A DNA stretch of 32,000 bases. Source: Vibrio vulnificus CMCP6. Lineage in GTDB: Bacteria; Pseudomonadota; Gammaproteobacteria; Enterobacterales; Vibrionaceae. The stretch lies in assembly GCF_000039765.1 (NCBI RefSeq), contig NC_004460.2:300001-332000 (forward strand), in the 5' to 3' direction. How positions within the stretch are numbered: position 1 is the first letter of the stretch; the number at the start of each line of letters is the position of its first letter. Shown here piece after piece: positions 18,966 to 26,142 of the stretch. Below the pieces are notes generated by a model. The model was not told the DNA's origin, made no database searches, and saw only the letters and a program-made list of their open reading frames with translations. The translations under genes were made by a program, and so were the position numbers.

Positions 18966-19259
18966 TTACTTACTTTTCAATGCGACAATCAAACCAATGA
19001 GCAACAAGCCACCCACGCCATACATGAGATATTTCTCATTCATGGATGCCGCCGGATTGCTTGGCGGCACTGGTGCGCCATTTGGCTGCACGGGTTGTTG
19101 CTCTGCTGGCTTGCGGTTTTCTTCCGGCGCGGCACTTTCCGCCTTTTGCGTGTTGGTCACTTTTGGGTCGAGTTTTCCGCTTACGTAATTGCCCGCCGCA
19201 TCCGTGACCGTCCCTGCAAAATTGGTTAGGTTTTCGCCCAGTGAATCCCAAAGAGACAT
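18966..19259 (-). CDS. Small membrane structural protein
   Basis: 97 aa; Pro-rich middle and C-terminal TM YLMYGVGGLLLIGLIVALKSK. Confidence 0.6.
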   Translation of the reverse strand: MSLWDSLGENLTNFAGTVTDAAGNYVSGKLDPKVTNTQKAESAAPEENRKPAEQQPVQPNGAPVPPSNPAASMNEKYLMYGVGGLLLIGLIVALKSK

Positions 19260-19268
19260 TTTGCCCCC

Positions 19269-20111
19269 TTACGCCGTGGCGGTCGGTAGCGCTTTGACTT
19301 GCTCGACTGCTTCAAACACAACCGGAACCGCGCCCGCTTGTGATTTTTCCAGCTCAAACGCGAGTTGCTGGCTTGCTGCCGTGTTCAACACACCGTCAGC
19401 ACCGAAGCCGTAACGGGTAAAGTCCACACTAAACCAGCCCGCATTTTGCTCTTGACCGCAAGCGGCAAGGTCGTAAGCGTTGTCTAGTTTGTTGGCGTTG
19501 TATTCTTCGATGTTGTCACGCAACACACGCACACGCTCAACCGACTCATCCATAAAATGCGCACGTTTTAGGTTTAAGAACGGGCTACGCTCTGCAAAGT
19601 CAAACGGGATACGGCCCGCCGCTGGCGCGTTCCAAGTCAGCTCAATGATGCGCGGCAAGTAGAAACGCTCGCTTTGTGCTGGCAGCACATGAGCACGGGC
19701 GCGGATACTTGGCACCGCTGGCGCGCCTTCGCTTGGCGTTTGTTTGAGTTGCACGTAAATAAACCAGATTTCGCCTTGCAGCGTCACGAGATCAGTTTGA
19801 CGAACACCAACTTTTGTACGGTATTCTGATTCACCAAAATCAATGACGTATCGGCCTTGCTCGTTGTAGGTCTTTTTGTGCTTTTGGATGTTGACGAACG
19901 TTTTACCGCTGGCGCTCATAATTGGACGGCCATTCAACTGGATTTCAATTCGTTCAATATCTTCCGGATTGGTGATATTTGTGACCAACTCAATGCTGTG
20001 ATAAGTCGGGCCCGTTACCAAACGTAGATTTGCACGTTGGCCCCAGCCAACGCCTTCCATTGGGTCTAGCTCTTTTGCGCGTGGTGCAAATGGTGTGCTG
20101 ATAATTTCCAT
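19269..20111 (-). CDS. Major capsid protein, PM2 P2-like double-jelly-roll candidate (GTG start at 20117 also possible)
   Basis: ~280 aa; LVTGPTYHSIELVTNITNPEDIERIEIQLNGRPIMSASGKTF resembles the recalled PM2 P2 pattern GQTYEVIDL...TPSQIKNVRVELDGR; size, neighborhood and beta-rich character fit. Confidence 0.75.
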   Translation of the reverse strand: MEIISTPFAPRAKELDPMEGVGWGQRANLRLVTGPTYHSIELVTNITNPEDIERIEIQLNGRPIMSASGKTFVNIQKHKKTYNEQGRYVIDFGESEYRTKVGVRQTDLVTLQGEIWFIYVQLKQTPSEGAPAVPSIRARAHVLPAQSERFYLPRIIELTWNAPAAGRIPFDFAERSPFLNLKRAHFMDESVERVRVLRDNIEEYNANKLDNAYDLAACGQEQNAGWFSVDFTRYGFGADGVLNTAASQQLAFELEKSQAGAVPVVFEAVEQVKALPTATA

Positions 20112-20124
20112 ACTCACCCCCGCC

Positions 20125-20235
20125 TTAACCGATCACGTCTTCGACTGCATCAACGTTGTTTGATGCCCAAACCACACCCGCCGCGATTAGCGCGCTAAGT
20201 CCGAGCAAAATTAAATTGCCTTTTGTTAATTTCAT
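20125..20235 (-). CDS. 36-aa single-TM protein immediately upstream of MCP (absent from track)
   Basis: MKLTKGNLILLGLSALIAAGVVWASNNVDAVEDVIG*. Confidence 0.65.
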   Translation of the reverse strand: MKLTKGNLILLGLSALIAAGVVWASNNVDAVEDVIG

Positions 20236-20254
20236 TGCTTTACGCTCCAAATAA

Positions 20255-20280
20255 AAAAACCGCTGTTCATTAGCGGTTTT
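20255..20280 (-). terminator. Terminator/attenuator between packaging ATPase and capsid genes
   Basis: Minus strand AAAACCGCT-AATGAAC-AGCGGTTTTTTTAT. Confidence 0.7.
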
Positions 20281-20358
20281 TATCTTTGCCCGATATTCAC
20301 AACGGTTTGTAAATGCGGATTTAGAATCCTTGATTCTATTTTGTGAACTTATTCACAT

Positions 20359-21033
20359 TTACCAGCGTATTAGCCCCGCTTCGTACCCTTTGCCGTTCTG
20401 GTGCAAGTAGTGAAGCGGTTGTAAATCATTGATAACCGCCGAAGGAATGCCCGTCATTTTTTCTAAATACACGGCACTTGCTCCGGTCTTTTGCATCATG
20501 ACGTACATGTGTTGACAGTTATCAATAATGGTTTTTGAAACTTCTTGCCCACGCTGGAAAAGGTTTATTGTGTGGATGCCATACGAACGCCCCAAGCGCA
20601 ACAACTTGCCATGATAGCCCGTCGCTTTGCCCGCCGTTTCGCTGTGCTCTGCAACTTCCTCACAAACCACTTTCAACGGTTTGACATGATGCCCGTCACC
20701 ACACCCCCAAACGATTTGACAAAACTTGTCAAAATCGGCGGGTTTTGTGTCGCCTTTTTTTAAATCCGGTTGCCACGCAATTTTAAATCCTTGCTTGGTT
20801 TTTCGGCCTGCAACCACCGCTTGAGCAAAGCGGCTAAACGAGTGATACACGCGCACCACTCGCCCCAGCAACTCACCGTCATATTCTCGCTTTGGGTCAA
20901 AAATCACGACTTGGTCAGTCGCTTTTACTAAGCGTTTTTTGACAAGCGAGCTTTTGCCACACCCCGACATTCCCACAACGGCGGTATGCTCATTTTTCAA
21001 TGCGTTGTTATTGCGTCGCGGCTGCATGAGCAC
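20359..21033 (-). CDS. Genome packaging ATPase (A32/FtsK-HerA-like, PM2 P9-like)
   Basis: 224 aa; Walker A GMSGCGKSSLVKK, VVIFDPKREYDGE, Walker B-like PLKVVCEEVAEHSE. Confidence 0.82.
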   Translation of the reverse strand: MLMQPRRNNNALKNEHTAVVGMSGCGKSSLVKKRLVKATDQVVIFDPKREYDGELLGRVVRVYHSFSRFAQAVVAGRKTKQGFKIAWQPDLKKGDTKPADFDKFCQIVWGCGDGHHVKPLKVVCEEVAEHSETAGKATGYHGKLLRLGRSYGIHTINLFQRGQEVSKTIIDNCQHMYVMMQKTGASAVYLEKMTGIPSAVINDLQPLHYLHQNGKGYEAGLIRW

Positions 21034-21499
21034 CCCCTTGCGCCTTTGCCGCCTGAATGATTGCGGCGCGTTTTAGCGCTTCTTCTTTCTGAATTTCTTG
21101 CATCATGGCGTATTTGCCAAAGCCAATAATTGACACGGTCGCTAGCAAGGTGAGTTCAGGCCCATACTCTGCCAACCACGGCGGCGGCTCCGCACCGTAT
21201 TTGATCAACACGGGGGCGATTGCTCCGGTTAGTTGGGTTTCTTCTTGCTCATCGAATGACAAACGTTTGTCTTTGGCTTTTAGAATCCCATTGACAAAAC
21301 CCACCCCTTTTGCCGCAAATGGCAGCACCGCCTCAAGCGTTGCGGCTTGCTGCTTTAGCGCTGCTTCCCGTTGCGCCTTATCTTCAATCGTGATTTCGGC
21401 GTCTTCTTCCATTTCCAATTGATTTAGAAAATCCTTTTCCTCATCGGTGTATTCTTTTTCTAAATCCGTTGCCTGTTCGTTTAGTCGTTCTTCATCCAT
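21008..21499 (-). CDS. Putative membrane-associated structural protein
   Basis: 163 aa; acidic N-terminus and hydrophobic segment WLAEYGPELTLLATVSIIGFGKYAMM; overlaps ATPase gene. Confidence 0.5.
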   Translation of the reverse strand: MDEERLNEQATDLEKEYTDEEKDFLNQLEMEEDAEITIEDKAQREAALKQQAATLEAVLPFAAKGVGFVNGILKAKDKRLSFDEQEETQLTGAIAPVLIKYGAEPPPWLAEYGPELTLLATVSIIGFGKYAMMQEIQKEEALKRAAIIQAAKAQGGAHAAATQ

Positions 21500-21848
21500 T
21501 GTTTGCCCCTAGCACTTTGGCGGTTACATTTCCCAACAAAAAGCAAAAGCCACCAATGAGAAACTTTGCGGCGTTGCTGTTTGCTGACGTTGTTGTTTTG
21601 TTGTTTTGCGGTTCCGGTTCCGGTACGGGCTCTGTCACTGGCTCCGGCGTTGGTTTAAGCATTTGCTCGACTTCTTCCAACGGCTTGTAAGTGGCAAAAT
21701 ACGCTTGAATATCTTCACCCGTTCGACAATCCGGCCCACACTTACACCGAGCCCTTAAAAAGCGCGCGCGCTTGCCTTGCCCCTGAATGATTTTTTTAGG
21801 TGTTTTGCATTTCGAGCAAGGGAGATAACCTAAAATTTCTTCATCCAT
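21492..21848 (-). CDS. Zinc-ribbon-like protein with P-E repeat linker and C-terminal TM
   Basis: 118 aa; CSKCKTP...RCKCGPDCRTG, EPVTEPVPEPEP, AAKFLIGGFCFLLGNVTAKVLG. Confidence 0.55.
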   Translation of the reverse strand: MDEEILGYLPCSKCKTPKKIIQGQGKRARFLRARCKCGPDCRTGEDIQAYFATYKPLEEVEQMLKPTPEPVTEPVPEPEPQNNKTTTSANSNAAKFLIGGFCFLLGNVTAKVLGANNG

Positions 21849-22071
21849 TGCTCACCTCTTGCAGCTTTTTCACTTCTTGTTTCAAGGTTTCGATTTCTTC
21901 ATTCTGCACTTGCAGCAAAACGATGATTTTTCGCCCAAAGGAATTGAAAAAATCCCGAATCGGGTTTAGAAACTTTCCAAAAATCGGGTTGCCTACGTGC
22001 GCGCCGATTTCCTCTACCGCGCCCGCCATTTCTTTTTTAATTTCGCCGAGTAATAAAGCCTTTTTATTCAT
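21841..22071 (-). CDS. Hypothetical coiled-coil-type prophage protein
   Basis: 76 aa; C-terminal QVQNEEIETLKQEVKKLQEV. Confidence 0.5.
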   Translation of the reverse strand: MNKKALLLGEIKKEMAGAVEEIGAHVGNPIFGKFLNPIRDFFNSFGRKIIVLLQVQNEEIETLKQEVKKLQEVSNG

Positions 22072-22102
22072 TTCTAGCCACTTCCTTTTATTTCAATTGC
22101 TC

Positions 22103-24091
22103 TTAGTGATACAAAGCTCCCGCGCGCTGATACAAATCCCAAAACGCCGAACGCTCCGCCTCGATAACTTCCGGCCTGATGTTGTAGGGCTCAAACGGCT
22201 CTGCCTTGACCGACTCCCACCAAGCTTGATTGTCTAAAAATTGCTTATATTGCATTTGATATTGCTCTTGCGCCGCTTCGCGCAAATCTTCCATTTCTAT
22301 ATCGCTGTAAATCGGTTTCATCGACCAGCCACGCGCACCCGCCGCCCATTTCAAAAACTGGTTAACCCTACGCTCTGCGTTTTTCTCAAACGTGATTGAA
22401 AAGCGGTTATTGGCGCTGACATGTAGCCCCGCTGCTTTTGTTGCTGCTCTTGCGTTTTTCAAACCGTTTTCAATTCGCTTGATTTTGGTTTGCAATTTCG
22501 TTTGTAAATCCACATCACCTTTTGCTTTGGCGATTGCTGCCGCTTCAATGCTTTTTTCTTTGGCTTGCTCATAGCGCTTGATGCTGCGCTTAATTGGCGC
22601 TTTCCATTGGTCGAGCTTGTAGCCTAACTCGCTGATAATGCCCGCCATGTTATCCGCTTCGAAACTCAGCAAGGTTTCCCACTTTGGCGCACGGCTACAC
22701 GCTGCCATGTTGTAACGATTGCCCCGAATAAGCCCTTGATTGGCGTTTTCTCCTTTGGCTGCATAGCCCACCGCTTTAATGATGTAAGTCCCTGCCGCCT
22801 CTGGCTTTTTGATGCGCTCAACATGCGCAAAGCCATTACCCCAAAGGCTCTCAATTTTTCCAGCCCACGCACTAAAAAGCGCTTGCGGCATTTCCCAATC
22901 CATCAACAAGTGAACGTGCGGATTCGGCTCACCGTCCTCATTGGCTGGACACTCCGCCACCCAAAGGTAATGAAAGTCCGATTTATCCGGCAATACGCTT
23001 GCTTTGACCGCTGGCACTGGACAAAACAAACGCCCGCTTTCGCTGTCGCGCTCTGTCACGTAGGCCGGAAAGCCGCGCTTTCTCATCTTTTTGAGGCCAT
23101 TAATAAAACGCGATACCTCCGCGCCTATCGTGGTGTGCATGTTCACCACTTCCCAAACCTTTTCAGGCTTGGCAAAAAGTGGCGTATATGGCCCCGCAAT
23201 TTCGCCGCTTTCGTTCATGGCCTTGATGTTGCGGATTTTTCCCTTGTACCACTCAAACGCGCTATATGGCCCCGCCACCTCTGACACACACACGCCAAAA
23301 TTTTGCTTGAACCCAACAGGCGAAAACAAAAGCCCCTCATCGGTGAGCGCGGAACCGTCAGCCACACGGCGGCGGCGTTCTTCATCAAACGTCAGCGTGA
23401 TGAACGTTTTGAACCCGCCATGCTTCACCGCGACATACGCGCCGGACTCAAAAATATTTTTCACCGCGCGGGCGGTTAATTTTTCCGTGAAGCGGTCGCC
23501 GCTTTGCTGCTCCGGTGCATTGCTGGCTGGCGTTTCAATCACTTGCTGAATTCGGTATTGCTGCGACCAATCGCGCTTTTGCAATTGCACCTTTACCAGT
23601 GGCTTATCTGCCACCAATGACCGCTTTTTATTGCTGTTTAGTGCAGTGCCGCGCGATACCGCCGAAAATGACGCGCTGTAGTGCGCGCTGTGATATTTTT
23701 CAGGATTTAATACTAGGGGCGCTTTTATCGACTTTCTCAGCGTTGCCAAGCGTTGGCGGAAGCGTTTAGAGGCTTCATAACCCACCTTTCCCGCTGTCCG
23801 ACTTTTGCGCCCTTTGACTAGCCTATTATCTCCGGCACTTCGTGCCGCCGCTTCGCGCAGGTGTCCCGCGATCGTTTTAATGCGTAACGGGGTGAGTTGC
23901 TCTGCATCTTTTAAGATGGTTTGTTGCTGTTCATTCCACTGAGAAAAATCGGATGCAAAAAAACCGCTACGAATAGCGGTAAGGTTCTTTCTTGCCTTAT
24001 CGGATTGCCGAAGCGCTCCAACTGCGTATAGAACTGTGTTTTTATCCAGTGGCGCAAATTGGCTTGCGCTAAACTTTGCTATTTGGTTCAT
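22103..24091 (-). CDS. Rolling-circle replication initiator, HUH endonuclease (phage P2 GpA / PM2 P12-like)
   Basis: 662 aa; motif I TFITLTFDE, HUH motif NPHVHLLMDW, double-tyrosine motif YIIKAVGYAAKG. Confidence 0.85.
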   Translation of the reverse strand: MNQIAKFSASQFAPLDKNTVLYAVGALRQSDKARKNLTAIRSGFFASDFSQWNEQQQTILKDAEQLTPLRIKTIAGHLREAAARSAGDNRLVKGRKSRTAGKVGYEASKRFRQRLATLRKSIKAPLVLNPEKYHSAHYSASFSAVSRGTALNSNKKRSLVADKPLVKVQLQKRDWSQQYRIQQVIETPASNAPEQQSGDRFTEKLTARAVKNIFESGAYVAVKHGGFKTFITLTFDEERRRRVADGSALTDEGLLFSPVGFKQNFGVCVSEVAGPYSAFEWYKGKIRNIKAMNESGEIAGPYTPLFAKPEKVWEVVNMHTTIGAEVSRFINGLKKMRKRGFPAYVTERDSESGRLFCPVPAVKASVLPDKSDFHYLWVAECPANEDGEPNPHVHLLMDWEMPQALFSAWAGKIESLWGNGFAHVERIKKPEAAGTYIIKAVGYAAKGENANQGLIRGNRYNMAACSRAPKWETLLSFEADNMAGIISELGYKLDQWKAPIKRSIKRYEQAKEKSIEAAAIAKAKGDVDLQTKLQTKIKRIENGLKNARAATKAAGLHVSANNRFSITFEKNAERRVNQFLKWAAGARGWSMKPIYSDIEMEDLREAAQEQYQMQYKQFLDNQAWWESVKAEPFEPYNIRPEVIEAERSAFWDLYQRAGALYH

Positions 24092-24286
24092 CTATGCAAA
24101 CACCATAAAGCGGCGGTTTTTGTCTATCTCAATCACCGCCGTATTACCTGCCATTGATTTAACTGCGTTTCCGGTGTGATTCTCACACTCTGCAATTGCG
24201 CGAAAGAAATTGCGCGAAGGCTTGAACGGCAACGGCTCACCCGTTGGTAAACATTTGTTGTTATCCCAGATTTCAACCGTTGCCAT
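24092..24286 (-). CDS. Small hypothetical protein upstream of rep
   Basis: 64-aa ORF MATVEIWDNNKCLPTGEPLPF..., directly abutting rep. Confidence 0.5.
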   Translation of the reverse strand: MATVEIWDNNKCLPTGEPLPFKPSRNFFRAIAECENHTGNAVKSMAGNTAVIEIDKNRRFMVFA

Positions 24287-24290
24287 ATGA

Positions 24291-24467
24291 TCACCCCACT
24301 GACGCCCAGTTAAAAATAAAGGTCATGCAACCAACCACTGCCCAAGCCGACACAATTGCATTTCCTAAATCACTAAAACTAAAGATAAAAGGTGTTGGGT
24401 TGTAATCACGCCCCATCAAGAAACAAAAAAAGCCAATAAGGAACACCCCTAGAATTGAAAGGCTCAT
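24291..24467 (-). CDS. 58-aa two-TM small membrane protein (absent from track)
   Basis: MSLSILGVFLIGFFCFLMGRDYNPTPFIFSFSDLGNAIVSAWAVVGCMTFIFNWASVG*; ATGA overlap with upstream gene stop. Confidence 0.6.
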   Translation of the reverse strand: MSLSILGVFLIGFFCFLMGRDYNPTPFIFSFSDLGNAIVSAWAVVGCMTFIFNWASVG

Positions 24468-24997
24468 TGAACTCTCTCCCCAAGCTCTCTCAATCCACCT
24501 CTAGGCGAATTCAAATCCTCTAATTGGTCATTCCATGCAAAGAAACCTTTGCATTTTGGATGCGACACTAACGAATCCGCCGGATATTTCTCGATAACTT
24601 CTACCTGTTCACCCGCCTTAATAATTAAGTCAGTATGAATATGATGATCACATCTAAGAATTTTCTTAACTGCATGAGAAGATTCCGCGCCATCAACGGC
24701 CAATGCCTCCGGCGCTTCCTCTTGCTTGCGGATTTGGTTTCTATTTCGCTGTTCAATGAGCTTTAATCTCATTTTTAAATTCGTTTTTAGATTTGCGGCA
24801 TCTTCAAATCTAAGTGTCCCCCACCGATTTTTAATAACACGTTCAATCAGTGTGCAAAGCTTTACTGCTCGTACTGGCGATAATATTGACTGTTGAATCT
24901 CATCCAACACAATAAAAGCGCCATTAAGCGAACCGCGCTTAAATGCATCTTCCGTTTCAACAACTAGCTTTCTAAATTCTTTTGATGATTTAATCAT
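24464..24997 (-). CDS. Hypothetical early prophage protein
   Basis: 177-aa ORF. Confidence 0.55.
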   Translation of the reverse strand: MIKSSKEFRKLVVETEDAFKRGSLNGAFIVLDEIQQSILSPVRAVKLCTLIERVIKNRWGTLRFEDAANLKTNLKMRLKLIEQRNRNQIRKQEEAPEALAVDGAESSHAVKKILRCDHHIHTDLIIKAGEQVEVIEKYPADSLVSHPKCKGFFAWNDQLEDLNSPRGGLRELGERVQ

Positions 24998-24998
24998 G

Positions 24999-25205
24999 CT
25001 ACACCCCCACGCTTTGAACGTTTGATCGGCGTATCATGGCAAGCTGATAAGCGCGCTTAAATTCCGCCTGACCTTTGCGAGAAAAGCGATAATCTTTGCC
25101 GCCGGACTTCTTACACTGGTAGCCGTTGGGGAAATATTTCTGTTTGAGGTTTTCGAGAATGTTGAGCCCTGTATCAGTGGGCTGATGTGAATGTGTTCTT
25201 TCCAT
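24999..25205 (-). CDS. Small basic early protein
   Basis: 68-aa ORF MERTHSHQPTDTGLNILENLKQKYFPNGYQCKKSGGKDYRFSRKGQAEFKRAYQLA; first gene of the minus-strand module. Confidence 0.5.
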   Translation of the reverse strand: MERTHSHQPTDTGLNILENLKQKYFPNGYQCKKSGGKDYRFSRKGQAEFKRAYQLAMIRRSNVQSVGV

Positions 25206-25325
25206 GTTCTAGCCTCCGCAAGCCGTTTCACATTTGTTTCGCTAATACGATATGGCAAGTTTTTTGTAGGCGCAATTAGCTTGCGGTAGTGAAACGAACA
25301 AAATGATCGCCTATGATTTAACAAA

Positions 25326-25613
25326 TTGCGGACGGAGATAAACTCAATGATGAACTACACAAATGCACTTTTAGACCGCCTAAAAGCCAAGCTAGAACTG
25401 GGCTCAGACTATCAATTAGCTAAAGTTTTAGAGGTTGGTACTAGTAGAATCAGCAACTACCGCAACGGGCGCAGTGTTCTAGATTGGAATATAGCGTTTA
25501 AAATCGCCGATTTGTTAGAAGAAGATGATCAAAAAGTCGTCTTTGGATTGCTTGAGGATAAATACTCAAACCCTCGCCTAATCAATGCCTTACAAGAGGG
25601 CGCGCCCCATTAG
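25326..25613 (+). CDS. HTH (XRE/Cro-CI-like, DUF3693-like) transcriptional regulator, candidate prophage repressor; internal start MMNYTNALLDRL likely
   Basis: SDYQLAKVLEVGTSRISNYRNGRSVLDWNIAFKIADLL; divergent from the replication module. Confidence 0.7.
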   Translation: MRTEINSMMNYTNALLDRLKAKLELGSDYQLAKVLEVGTSRISNYRNGRSVLDWNIAFKIADLLEEDDQKVVFGLLEDKYSNPRLINALQEGAPH

Positions 25614-25618
25614 CGCCC

Positions 25619-25646
25619 ATTTACCACATCGTACATAATGCGCACT
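25619..25646 (-). other. attR: second XerCD/dif-type site (right prophage boundary)
   Basis: Minus strand AGTGCGCATTA-TGTACG-ATGTGGTAAAT; canonical XerC arm, degenerate XerD arm (8/11 vs attL). Confidence 0.82.
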
Positions 25647-25741
25647 TATAATTGTAAGTGCCAGTTAGTAATGTCCGGTTTAGCCACTTTAAAATGTCCT
25701 CCCAAAATTAACAACATTGTTTGCTTTCGAGGCTTTAGCCG

Positions 25742-26085
25742 ATGTTGATTACGACGAGTGAAAAAGACATTTATCGATTTGGGGTTCTGTCTGTCGTCCG
25801 TACAAGGCAGTTACGTCTAGTTGATGTTGCAGTCACTCTAGCTGTTTTGTTTGTAATATCTGGCGAACACTTAATCGACGCTCCACTTTAGGAGATCAAA
25901 GTCTCGCGCACGTTGCTCGTATATGATTGCCCGCCTGATGAACTTAAGGTTCAGCGAAACCGAGTCAAATGCTAACAACGAGAGAATATCTTAATGAATA
26001 CGGCAAGCCCGTCGCGTTCTACTGCGATAAGCATTCGATTTTTCGCGTGAATCAGGAAAAGCAAAAACAACTAGCCATGTTTTAA
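25742..26085 (+). pseudogene. Degraded ISNCY-type (IS1202-group-like) transposase remnant
   Basis: MLITTSEKDIYRFGVLSVVRTRQLRLVDVAVTL..., CSYMIARLMNLRFSETES, then YLNEYGKPVAFYCDKHSIFRVNQEKQKQL across stops/frames; upstream IR-like AATGTCCGGTTTAGCCACTTTAAAATGTCC. Confidence 0.6.
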
Positions 26086-26107
26086 GAGATGTACCGCCTA
26101 GCAACTC

Positions 26108-26142
26108 AAAAGCCGAGCATCAGGTATGACGCTCGGCTTTTT
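26108..26142. terminator. Hairpin terminator-like structure
   Basis: AAAAGCCGAGC ... GCTCGGCTTTT perfect 11-bp arms. Confidence 0.65.

Larger units (their letters stand above)
13964..25635. mobile_element. Corticovirus-like (PM2-like) tailless dsDNA prophage integrated at dif
   Basis: HUH Rep, packaging ATPase, putative DJR capsid protein, virion muramidase, holin-like and many small TM proteins; bounded by two dif-like sites sharing the hexamer CGTACA (+ strand); no recombinase or tail genes. Confidence 0.88.

Noticed and set aside
16058-19662. Plus-strand ORFs (65, 61, 67, 93, 79, 65, 64, 72, 63, 74, 60 aa) within the structural block
   Set aside because: Antisense to tightly packed minus-strand genes with ATGA couplings; compositionally typical of shadow ORFs in GC-richer DNA.
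22392-23769. Several plus-strand ORFs opposite rep (60, 182, 152, 84 aa)
   Set aside because: Antisense shadows of the 662-aa HUH Rep gene; no recognizable motifs and the opposite frame has clear conserved motifs.
13953-25646. Filamentous (inovirus) prophage such as CTX/VGJ, suggested by dif integration
   Set aside because: No Zot-like morphogenesis protein or inovirus coat/pIII layout; the ATPase pairs with a jelly-roll-type capsid candidate, many small membrane proteins and a muramidase.
13953-25646. Autolykivirus-type assignment
   Set aside because: Those are linear genomes with inverted terminal repeats and, as I recall, no HUH Rep; this element has an HUH Rep and single Xer-type att sites. 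A phylogeny of MCP/ATPase would be decisive.
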